A stretch of DNA of 64,000 nt, from the IMG/VR virus record IMGVR_UViG_3300034108_000283, positions 51,897 to 115,896 of that record. One strand, given 5' to 3'. Origin of the DNA: a virus (taxonomy: Duplodnaviria; Caudoviricetes). Below are positions 1-7,906 of this stretch, piece after piece (the first letter of the stretch is position 1; the number at the start of each line of letters is the position of its first letter). Under the pieces are notes generated by a model. The model ran no database searches. It saw nothing but the letters and a program-made list of their open reading frames with translations, and was not told the origin of the DNA. A program made the position numbers and the translations under genes.

Positions 1-96
1 ATATATTTTCCATAAACATCAGTTAAGTATACATTAAATCCATGGCTGATATTACCAGTTCCATCTGTATACATGTACTGTTCTTCAAAGATTCCG

Positions 97-588
97 TTAC
101 TTACTGGCATTTTTAAGTCTTGGTAGTTGATTTGGATCCTTATCTAAACTTAAAAAGTTTTTAGGAAGGATGCCTTCAGCCATAAAGATAGTAATAATTT
201 GTTCTTTATTTATACCTAAATCTTTAAAAGTTAAAGTATTCTTGAACTTGTCATCAGTCTCAGTATCAGCTATTAATAACTCTGTGAGTGGACTTTTAGG
301 AAACAAAGTCTTGAATATAAAATTGCTATATTGTATAGTAACTTGTTGTTTAAACTTATTAAGTACAACCTGAGCTCTCTTATAAACATTAACTATTCTT
401 TGTTTCTTTTTGCTACACATAGTAGCCAATTCTTGTTGTGTCAGAGCATCTAGACCATATAGTGCTCTTTTGTATAAATAATTCTGGTATTGTGAATACC
501 CATCAGTTTCATATTGCATGTACATTCTACCTGCAGATAACTGATAATTTTTTACATCTTGTTTTAGCTTTTCCATTTTGTTATACAT
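97..588 (-). CDS. Hypothetical phage protein
   Basis: 163-aa ORF co-oriented with its neighbours; no recognised motif. Confidence 0.7.
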   Translation of the reverse strand: MYNKMEKLKQDVKNYQLSAGRMYMQYETDGYSQYQNYLYKRALYGLDALTQQELATMCSKKKQRIVNVYKRAQVVLNKFKQQVTIQYSNFIFKTLFPKSPLTELLIADTETDDKFKNTLTFKDLGINKEQIITIFMAEGILPKNFLSLDKDPNQLPRLKNASK

Positions 589-600
589 TTAAATTCATAA

Positions 601-630
601 AAAAAGAAAGGGGACAGTTACCCATCCCCT
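601..630 (-). terminator. Intrinsic terminator
   Basis: AGGGGA...TCCCCT stem followed by a U-tract on the minus strand, downstream of the 652 ORF. Confidence 0.6.
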
Positions 631-651
631 TATTCATATACACTCTATTAA

Positions 652-1116
652 TTAGATACCGAATTCTTCATTTGGTTTAATAGCACTAGACTTAGTAGTC
701 TCATAAGCTGCTTTGATTTCTTCCACATTTGTGTGAGCAATAAAGCTATCTGTAAGATTTTGCTTCTCAGTATACAAAGTGCGTCTGTAAACTGGAGCAC
801 CCTCAACACGGCAAACAATACCTGTGGAACCTGCTACTTTAAGGTCACGCTCAGGATTCTTACCATTAAATGGCTCCATTGCCTCTTGCACAATGATTTT
901 ACCATCAAGCAATTGACCTTCATAGTAACCTGCATCTTGCAAATCACTAATTGGACCAGAGATTATTGCAGACAACTTCTTTCTTCTTAGGAAACCATTG
1001 TCATCATACTGATTAACTGATTGTTCAACCCGGATAAATCCAAATTCTGGGTTACTAGATAAATTGATTACTGATTTAGTAGTAGCATCTGCTAATACAA
1101 CAACTTTTGAACTCAT
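652..1116 (-). CDS. Putative ssDNA-binding protein (crAss-like SSB type)
   Basis: Beta-rich ORF (NPEFGFIRVEQ, GIVCRVEGAPVYRRT) ending in EEFGI. Start moved to the ATG at 1116, which follows an AAAGTT leader. Function inferred from resemblance. Confidence 0.5.
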   Translation of the reverse strand: MSSKVVVLADATTKSVINLSSNPEFGFIRVEQSVNQYDDNGFLRRKKLSAIISGPISDLQDAGYYEGQLLDGKIIVQEAMEPFNGKNPERDLKVAGSTGIVCRVEGAPVYRRTLYTEKQNLTDSFIAHTNVEEIKAAYETTKSSAIKPNEEFGI

Positions 1117-1236
1117 AACTTTAAGTTTTAAATAGATAAATAAATAATAATTGAATTGATCTTTTGAGTTGATTACTATAATACTAGTCACTCATACTAG
1201 TAATAAGTTGATAATACCTTTATTGCAATTCCGGTA

Positions 1237-1506
1237 TTATGTATCCAATGGGCCCGTAAGGTCTATTATATCATCAAATGGAATATCATCTGATACAATG
1301 TCATCACAACTTTCATCATCTGGTAGATAATCAAAGTCATAGTATTTTTCTTTTGTGTTCTGAAGAACAGCTGACTCTAGGAAGGGATTTAATGCATACT
1401 CTCCTGCATCTAAGGACATAAGGTATTGCTCATCTTCATCAGTAAGATCTAAGTATTGTTCTATGGTTAGAAATATTACCTTGCCATTAGGCAGTTGATA
1501 GAGCAT
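1237..1506 (-). CDS. Small acidic hypothetical protein
   Basis: 89-aa very acidic ORF. Confidence 0.7.
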   Translation of the reverse strand: MLYQLPNGKVIFLTIEQYLDLTDEDEQYLMSLDAGEYALNPFLESAVLQNTKEKYYDFDYLPDDESCDDIVSDDIPFDDIIDLTGPLDT

Positions 1507-1598
1507 TTTAAATTCATAAAGTTTAGTAAATGTAAACCATTCTTAAGAATAGTGATTATACCAACCTACAAATTATTGCACTATATAGCTAAACAATG

Positions 1599-1620
1599 AA
1601 AAGGGGGCATTGCTACCCCC
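1599..1620 (-). terminator. Intrinsic terminator
   Basis: GGGGGTAGCAATGCCCCC-TTTT on the minus strand. Confidence 0.65.
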
Positions 1621-1662
1621 GTATCATTTGGTCAGGAAAAGCATATCCACAGATATACTATC

Positions 1663-2091
1663 TTAAAATTCTTCCATGATCTCTAATGTATCAGCCATTA
1701 GGTAACTACTAAATGTCTGTTGTGTGCTTTGTGAATCAATACCAAGAGACTCAACTTCATAATGTTTCCAATCATGAAAGCCTCTAAATTCCTTGATAGT
1801 GCAAGCAATCATACCATTATTGTCAGATAAATCAGACTCTATTGTTTTAGGTTTGTTTATCTCATAGCTTAAATTGTTGACATGAGTAAGACATATAGTA
1901 CCTACAGGAATTATATCCGGTAACTTTCTACCTAGTATTAGTTTAAACAACCATTTAGTACAATCTGAACTACTACCAATAAATGGAGTCAATAACTTAG
2001 TTATCTCTTCTGCATTTGGATGATTAATCATTGATTTGAGAGTATTATACAAATCTGTTTCATCAAACTCTAGGTGTATTTTTGTGCTCAT
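1663..2091 (-). CDS. Hypothetical protein
   Basis: 142-aa ORF in a tightly packed operon. Confidence 0.7.
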   Translation of the reverse strand: MSTKIHLEFDETDLYNTLKSMINHPNAEEITKLLTPFIGSSSDCTKWLFKLILGRKLPDIIPVGTICLTHVNNLSYEINKPKTIESDLSDNNGMIACTIKEFRGFHDWKHYEVESLGIDSQSTQQTFSSYLMADTLEIMEEF

Positions 2092-2093
2092 AA

Positions 2094-2312
2094 CTAGTCA
2101 TTTATTCTTCTGAAGTCTCTTATTTTAGCTATAAGAGCTTCATTGTAGTGAGTAAAGAAACTTTTGTCTACAATCCGGTAGTTTATTCTTTCCATCATAG
2201 TTACCGGATAAATAGTTTTCTTAATTCCAATAGGTATTAACTGATCTGATTCATCTTTAATATCAGCCTTAAGATTAAATCCAAGTACTGAAGTAATTAG
2301 TTCTCTATCCAT
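2094..2312 (-). CDS. Hypothetical protein
   Basis: 72-aa ORF overlapping or abutting its neighbours. Confidence 0.65.
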   Translation of the reverse strand: MDRELITSVLGFNLKADIKDESDQLIPIGIKKTIYPVTMMERINYRIVDKSFFTHYNEALIAKIRDFRRIND

Positions 2313-2634
2313 TGTTAAACATGTTTTTCATTAAGTCATCTAATCTGTTCGTAGCATTAAACCGGTCAATTACCTTATGCATTACCATAGTTGCAAACAC
2401 AATCTCATTAGTATGTACACAACCTTTGACCAAATCATCAAGACACTTGTATAACAACTCATTTTTTTGATATGAATCAATGCATAGTTTTGTTAACTCC
2501 TTTGCTCTATCTTCTGTAATACCTAGATTCTGATGTAACTGTTCACCTTCTTCATCAATAATACAGAGGTAAAACTCATTATCCTGTGGATAAGACTTCT
2601 TCTTTTTCTTAAATAATTTCCTGAACCACTTCAT
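2305..2634 (-). CDS. Hypothetical protein
   Basis: 109-aa ORF with an amphipathic basic N-terminus (MKWFRKLFKK). Confidence 0.65.
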   Translation of the reverse strand: MKWFRKLFKKKKKSYPQDNEFYLCIIDEEGEQLHQNLGITEDRAKELTKLCIDSYQKNELLYKCLDDLVKGCVHTNEIVFATMVMHKVIDRFNATNRLDDLMKNMFNNG

Positions 2635-2636
2635 AA

Positions 2637-2858
2637 TTATCTTTTTAGTTTAAACTCTTGTTTTCTTTGCTCATCATACCATATTTGTACACTTATACAA
2701 ACTGTGATTGACACTAACAAACCTTGAAATACATAACCAACTGGTGTGTAATTCTCAAAATTGAAGGCTTCACCAAATGATATCATACCTTCTAGGATAC
2801 ATAATACTACTAATCCTATACTTACATTCAAAATAAAATTTACTAATTTCATAATCAT
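2637..2858 (-). CDS. Small two-TM membrane protein
   Basis: Two hydrophobic segments. Confidence 0.65.
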   Translation of the reverse strand: MIMKLVNFILNVSIGLVVLCILEGMISFGEAFNFENYTPVGYVFQGLLVSITVCISVQIWYDEQRKQEFKLKR

Positions 2859-2931
2859 ACATTTTTTAGTTAATAAATAAGACAGACTATTACACCTTTT
2901 GTCTGTCTACTGCGGTTGGAGGTGTACGCAA

Positions 2932-3186
2932 TTATAATAAATACTTAACTGTCATAGCATAGCCAAATAGACCGGTAGCTGCACCACAAAATGCTATTAA
3001 TGTTACTGTCATAGCATTAATTGTATTGTTCTGCATTAACTTGTCTAATTGTTCTTCTATAACTACTATCTGATACTCTGCTTCTGATAGCATTTGATAC
3101 TTTAAATCTGTCGGAACATCACTTAGTTGAACTTCATCTCTAAGGTTGTTCCAAAAATCTAGCTTTTCCTGTAGCTCTTTAATCAT
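2932..3186 (-). CDS. Coiled-coil protein with C-terminal TM anchor
   Basis: Heptad-like N-terminus and hydrophobic C-terminus. Confidence 0.65.
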   Translation of the reverse strand: MIKELQEKLDFWNNLRDEVQLSDVPTDLKYQMLSEAEYQIVVIEEQLDKLMQNNTINAMTVTLIAFCGAATGLFGYAMTVKYLL

Positions 3187-3278
3187 AACTTTTAGTTTTT
3201 AGTGTTTAAATAATACTGTGAATAAAATAGTGCTATAAGTAGCACAGTAATCATAATTTCTTTCATAATCATTCAATA

Positions 3279-3452
3279 TTAGTTTCTATATGCATATGAC
3301 CTTGACTGTGCTTTACGTACAGATCTGTCTACATGGTATTTTCTACCATTACCGTGACAAGACTTATTTACCGCACAGCTGGTTAACCATAGTGCAAACA
3401 TCATACACAGTCCAACTAACATTCCTTTGATTACAATACTTACATTTTTCAT
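3279..3452 (-). CDS. Small putative lipoprotein (57 aa, not in the ORF track)
   Basis: MKNVSIVIKGMLVGLCMMFALWLTSC-AVNKSCHG...: hydrophobic stretch plus LTSC lipobox. Confidence 0.55.
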   Translation of the reverse strand: MKNVSIVIKGMLVGLCMMFALWLTSCAVNKSCHGNGRKYHVDRSVRKAQSRSYAYRN

Positions 3453-3547
3453 ATTAAGGGTTTAAAGTTTACTAAATAAAAGTACACAGTGAGAGTTTTA
3501 ACCACACCCACTCACAAGTTGACCGCGTTACTGTGTACTTAAGCTAA

Positions 3548-3806
3548 TTATCTATCTTCATAACATTGCTGACACATATGTACTTCATCACAAGTACAGG
3601 TCAGTTCAGGATTAATTGCATAGAGTCTTGCCATATCAGCAAACTCACTAGCAATCTCACCGTGCACCTGAAACTTAGGCTTAGGTGTAGTTAAAGCTCT
3701 CTTAGCTCTAATAAGCATTTTGAGAGTATTCCGGAGATGATTAATGTCCATAATATCAACATCAATCTTTTGACCATTCTTCATAGTCCAGTAAATAGTT
3801 TCCATA
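3548..3806 (-). CDS. Hypothetical phage protein with C-terminal CxC/CxxC
   Basis: Likely start is METIYWTMKNGQKIDV; C-terminus CTCDEVHMCQQC. Confidence 0.65.
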
Positions 3807-3838
3807 AGTATAAGTTTAAGGGTTAATAATTTAATTAG

Positions 3839-4378
3839 TACTCTCACAAGGTTGCAACCCTTGAAGTATGTGACACATTTGGAATGTACCTCAATCGAAA
3901 AAGGTATTCACATTACCTGCTTGGATGAGAGTATAAAACCACAAGTCAACCCCTGCTTTACAGAATGAGGGGTTATGCCTGAAACCTTGTGGTGTATCTA
4001 TATATGACCGGAAATTATTGCTTTCCCGGAAGCCTTTACTGTCTTACTCTAACAAACCTACTATATAACAGTAGTACTAATATAGTTATGACTGATTCTG
4101 TGTAATACTCACTTTAGATTAGCCATATACTTAGTATTGTATAAGCTGTGGCTATGATTCTGTGACCGTGTCTGTTGGTGTAATAATGCTGAGAGTTTGT
4201 CACTCAACCCCAAACTAACCTACATTCATTCACAGTTTGTTATTAATTACTGCACATATATTACACTATGGGTATCTTCATTCCCGGGGGTAGTATGCAA
4301 TAACTGTGCACTTTAGTCTTGACCATTCAATCAGCGGTTGTTGACCGGTAGTTGACCGCTGAAACAGTCTAACTATTT
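3839..4378 (-). ncRNA. Candidate structured non-coding RNA region
   Basis: About 540 nt with no ORF of 60 aa or more, many consecutive hairpins with G-U pairs favouring the minus strand, and a copy of the early promoter motif just upstream (4386-4396). Confidence 0.5.
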
Positions 4379-4496
4379 TTTTTAAAATTAAAGTTGCTTA
4401 AAGCTATTGTCTGAAAGACAATTAAACACATAGTATATACTATGGCTTCACTAAAAATAATAAGGGTGTATTTCTACACCCCTATTATCCTTGAGA

Positions 4497-4901
4497 TTAT
4501 ATCCCAATTTCCTCAGATACCTCAACCTCCTCAAAGTCATCATCAGAATTCTCAGAAGCAACAACAAGGCTTGATAATGTGTACCAAGGTTTACGCGCAG
4601 TTCCATCAGCATTCTTGCTTCTAGAAACTTTACCTAAGTAGGTTTCCCCTACCTCCATACCTTGCTCATAGCTAGTACTATACACTACTATATCAGCTTT
4701 GGTGTGGCTGTTACCATTATCATCAGTAAACCTGATAGTTGCTAACTTGTAGGTTAGGGTATCCCCGTTACCATTAGTGTAAGTGAACTCTTTATCACTT
4801 AATCTAACCAAGGTAGCCTTAATGTTGGCAACCTTTTGCACATTACCACTAGGTGTTGTTTCTTCCTTAAACACCAACGCAATCTTTTTCTTTTCAATCA
4901 T
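4497..4901 (-). CDS. OB-fold-like protein with acidic tail (possible second SSB)
   Basis: Beta-strand pattern; tail SENSDDDFEEVEVSEEIGI. Confidence 0.5.
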   Translation of the reverse strand: MIEKKKIALVFKEETTPSGNVQKVANIKATLVRLSDKEFTYTNGNGDTLTYKLATIRFTDDNGNSHTKADIVVYSTSYEQGMEVGETYLGKVSRSKNADGTARKPWYTLSSLVVASENSDDDFEEVEVSEEIGI

Positions 4902-5019
4902 AACTTTTTGATTTTTGGGTTAATAATAATTTTCTTACAATAAAAGTTGCAAAAGGCTAAGCCGAAGGCTTCCAACACTATCCTTTACTTACTCTCTCTC
5001 AGCTTAAATAAAAAGGGGA

Positions 5020-5202
5020 TTACTCCCCTAATTTATTCTGTACTTGTAGATCATCTCTAAATGCTTTTAGAGTATCTATTGCTATGCTAAGTTCATATTT
5101 ATCATAGGAAATTAAATCACTATCTGTTTTTATGACTCTTTCATAAAGACTAATCTTTGCATCAAGCATTGCAATAATTCTAAATACCGGTTCTGTGTCC
5201 AT
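5020..5202 (-). CDS. Early cassette hypothetical protein
   Basis: Own promoter motif and a stop-overlapping terminator. Confidence 0.7.
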   Translation of the reverse strand: MDTEPVFRIIAMLDAKISLYERVIKTDSDLISYDKYELSIAIDTLKAFRDDLQVQNKLGE

Positions 5203-5270
5203 ATTATATAGTTTAAGATTAAATAAAAGTTGTCTTTAAAAATAGAAAGGGGAACAATGTCCCCCTATAT

Positions 5271-5657
5271 CTATGGCTTAACAGGTGCTTCCAACAACTG
5301 AAACAAATCATCTTTGTCTAACAGGTTGTGCAACTCACGCTTGTAGGTACCTAGCTCATGCAGATAACTTTGCCAAGCAGTGTAATCATTCCTTACAAGT
5401 CTAAGCTTCAGAACTGTGGCTTTAGATTCTTCATAATCTTTGGAATCCATACCTAGTTCTTTACTAGCATTAATCTGGCTATTCAACACGCCTATTGCAA
5501 AGACATATTGTTTATCAGAACTATGCATATTAATGGAAATGCTGTTGTTAACATTAATCTCAGGAATAGATGTTAATGACTCCATTAATTGAGAACACAT
5601 TTCTTTAGCAAATTCTAAATCTGCTGTTGCTTGTTTGTAAGCTTCTAACTTTTTCAT
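5271..5657 (-). CDS. Early cassette helical protein
   Basis: Own promoter motif and terminator. Confidence 0.75.
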   Translation of the reverse strand: MKKLEAYKQATADLEFAKEMCSQLMESLTSIPEINVNNSISINMHSSDKQYVFAIGVLNSQINASKELGMDSKDYEESKATVLKLRLVRNDYTAWQSYLHELGTYKRELHNLLDKDDLFQLLEAPVKP

Positions 5658-5712
5658 AGTGTATATTTTAATATTTTATTTCAATAAAAGTTGTAAAAAA
5701 ATAAAGAGAGTA

Positions 5713-5859
5713 TTACACCCTCTCTATCTTTCTTTTAACATAAAGCTTTATATAAAGCTCATCAAGTTTCTGACTATCAACCATTTGCTTCATAGCTTCT
5801 ATTGCTGACATCATAGTCTTGTACTCTTCCCAAGTTAATTCTAAGTTTACTTTGTCCAT
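5713..5859 (-). CDS. Early cassette small protein (48 aa, not in the ORF track)
   Basis: MDKVNLELTWEEYKTMM...; promoter variant at about 5878 and a hairpin at the stop. Confidence 0.65.
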   Translation of the reverse strand: MDKVNLELTWEEYKTMMSAIEAMKQMVDSQKLDELYIKLYVKRKIERV

Positions 5860-5902
5860 AGTATATAATTTAGATTATATTAAAGTTGTTAAAAAGGGGA
5901 TG

Positions 5903-6166
5903 TTACTCCCCTTTAAGATTCTTATACACATATACAGGTATGAGTGTCTTTACAATTAACCTGTGCTCTGAATTACCACTAAAAATTGCTCCATCCATTC
6001 CCGGTGGATAGAATGTGAATTTTACAGCAACATCATTAATGATACAAATACCATTAACACGTGATGTGTTTGTAAGAGCCTTGGCAATAAAAGGTTCTGC
6101 ATAAAAACAAATGCTATCAGAGCACTGTTCATTAATGCTTTCTGTAATAATAATTTCTATTTTCAT
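5903..6166 (-). CDS. Early cassette hypothetical protein
   Basis: Own promoter motif and terminator. Confidence 0.7.
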   Translation of the reverse strand: MKIEIIITESINEQCSDSICFYAEPFIAKALTNTSRVNGICIINDVAVKFTFYPPGMDGAIFSGNSEHRLIVKTLIPVYVYKNLKGE

Positions 6167-6236
6167 ATTATATAGTTTTTAATAAAATAAAAGTTGTTAT
6201 CTATAAATAAAAAGGGGGAATTTCTTCCCCCATAAA

Positions 6237-6419
6237 CTATACAACTAACAATGTATGTTCAGGGTGTATTATATGGTATTCTTCTACCAAACTATCCCTG
6301 TAAGCCTTTACCTCTTCTTCCGGTAATTGCTCAAATGCTTTTAACATAGCTTTGTCAGCTTTTTTTCCTAATAAGATTAATATCCCATCAATCTCATCAA
6401 TCATAAATTTTGTTACCAT
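6237..6419 (-). CDS. Early cassette hypothetical protein
   Basis: Own promoter motif and terminator. Confidence 0.7.
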   Translation of the reverse strand: MVTKFMIDEIDGILILLGKKADKAMLKAFEQLPEEEVKAYRDSLVEEYHIIHPEHTLLVV

Positions 6420-6467
6420 AGTGTATATATTTTTATTACAATAAAAGTTGAAATAAAAACTTAGGGA

Positions 6468-6656
6468 TTATCTCCCTAAGTCTTCTTCATACTCAAATGT
6501 TCCGGTCTCTATGTATTCATAGATCTCTGCCTTAGTAGCATAGTCTACAACTTTGCCGTCTTCAAAGAACAGTGCATACTGTTTCCGGCCATCCATAGTC
6601 TGTTGATACTTAACTTGTCCTGTAAGTAACAACCAAATAAAAATAACTTTTGTCAT
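6468..6656 (-). CDS. Early cassette hypothetical protein
   Basis: Own promoter motif; hydrophobic N-terminus. Confidence 0.7.
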   Translation of the reverse strand: MTKVIFIWLLLTGQVKYQQTMDGRKQYALFFEDGKVVDYATKAEIYEYIETGTFEYEEDLGR

Positions 6657-6701
6657 AATATATATTTCTAATGCAATAAAAGCTGTTTAAAAGAAGAAGG
6701 T

Positions 6702-6842
6702 TTATAAGCCTTCTTCTTCTTTATACTGTAGATATGATTCATATGCTGTTAAGCAATATGCATCATACTCTGCTTGTAATTCAGCACAAGAATTACAATG
6801 GTTTTCATCACCTAGTAAACAGGCACAAGTTGTATTTTCCAT
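6702..6842 (-). CDS. Early cassette Cys-rich small protein (46 aa, not in the ORF track)
   Basis: MENTTCACLLGDENHCNSC...; promoter motif at 6861. Confidence 0.65.
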   Translation of the reverse strand: MENTTCACLLGDENHCNSCAELQAEYDAYCLTAYESYLQYKEEEGL

Positions 6843-6897
6843 AATATATAATTTCTGCTACAATAGAAGTTGTTGCATCATATACAAAATAAAGGAG

Positions 6898-7098
6898 CTA
6901 TTGCTCCTCTATTTGTGTATCCCATTGTATGTCCCAAAAGTTTGCTCCAAAGTCTCCTTCTTGAAGAGAGTAAAGTAAAGAGTGAAGTTCTTTTGAAGTA
7001 AGATCAGGTCTTGTGGTTTTAATTGTTTGTTCAGGTTCTCCGGTGTCCCCTCCGCCAATGGTGATCTTGTAGCTTAAAATATAAAGTGTATTTTCCAT
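6898..7098 (-). CDS. Early cassette acidic small protein
   Basis: Own promoter motif and terminator. Confidence 0.7.
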   Translation of the reverse strand: MENTLYILSYKITIGGGDTGEPEQTIKTTRPDLTSKELHSLLYSLQEGDFGANFWDIQWDTQIEEQ

Positions 7099-7149
7099 AA
7101 TATAAGTTTAGCACACAATAGAAGTTGTCTAAATAAAAAAGAGCAAGGA

Positions 7150-7326
7150 TTATTCTCCCTGCTCTTTTACTCTACAAACATTAAACACAATGTATTCTCC
7201 CGCAGTATGTATCTCATATTTCTTGAGAATACCTTTGGTCATCCATTGATTCAATCTAGTTTGCATTTTAGTTAGTTCTCCTGCATCTGATGCAAGAAAA
7301 CTATAAAGGTCAACACGTAGTTTCAT
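7150..7326 (-). CDS. Early cassette small protein (58 aa, not in the ORF track)
   Basis: MKLRVDLYSFLASDAGEL...KEQGE*; promoter motif at 7344. Confidence 0.65.
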   Translation of the reverse strand: MKLRVDLYSFLASDAGELTKMQTRLNQWMTKGILKKYEIHTAGEYIVFNVCRVKEQGE

Positions 7327-7391
7327 ATGTATAGTTTCTGTGGCAATAAAAGCTGAAAAATAAAAAGAGAGACATTGTCTCTCTCTTAATG

Positions 7392-7592
7392 CTATGCACC
7401 TTGTAGCTTTTCTTCTATGTGCATTATTAGGTTAAGCATTCCCATAATGGAGCAACCTGCTAATATAATACCCATAGTAATTAAACCTACCATTGGTGCA
7501 GTTGGTTCTACAGATAATACTCCGAAGAAGTATAAACAGAATGTGCCAAGGCCTGAAGCATATAGCACAATAAACTTAAGTAATTGTTTCAT
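7392..7592 (-). CDS. Early cassette two-TM protein
   Basis: Start revised to MKQLLK, just after the promoter motif at 7611; two hydrophobic helices. Confidence 0.7.
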   Translation of the reverse strand: MKQLLKFIVLYASGLGTFCLYFFGVLSVEPTAPMVGLITMGIILAGCSIMGMLNLIMHIEEKLQGA

Positions 7593-7723
7593 AGTATATA
7601 ATTTCTCATACAATAAAAGCTGTCTAACACAGAAAAAAAAGGGGATATCATCCCCTGTAGTGTTTAACTTTTCATAGCTTTTAGTTTTCATACAATAAAA
7701 GCTGAATTAAAAAGTAATACAGG

Positions 7724-7906
7724 TTATTCCCCTGTATTACTTTCCATTGCTGATACAGCAGCTTCAATACCTTCTTGAACATAAGCTCTATATGCTTTTA
7801 AATCAGATAGCTCATATAGTTCTTTAAATGTCTTACCTTCTGTTTCTAAGGTAGCAATTGCTTTATCTAGCGTTTCAGCTAAATCAAATAGTTGGTTTGC
7901 AGTCAT
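7724..7906 (-). CDS. Early cassette helical protein (first gene of the array)
   Basis: Start revised to MTANQLF, just after the promoter motif at 7925. Confidence 0.7.
   Translation of the reverse strand: MTANQLFDLAETLDKAIATLETEGKTFKELYELSDLKAYRAYVQEGIEAAVSAMESNTGE

Noticed and set aside
3839-3933. Canonical tRNA or SAM-I riboswitch
   Set aside because: Lacks TTCRA, CCA and an anticodon-arm layout; only superficial similarity to the SAM-I 5' end.
3938-3993. Hammerhead-like arrangement on the plus strand (GTC, a stem, GAAAC)
   Set aside because: The CUGANGA core and stem II are missing, and the plus strand is probably not the transcribed one.
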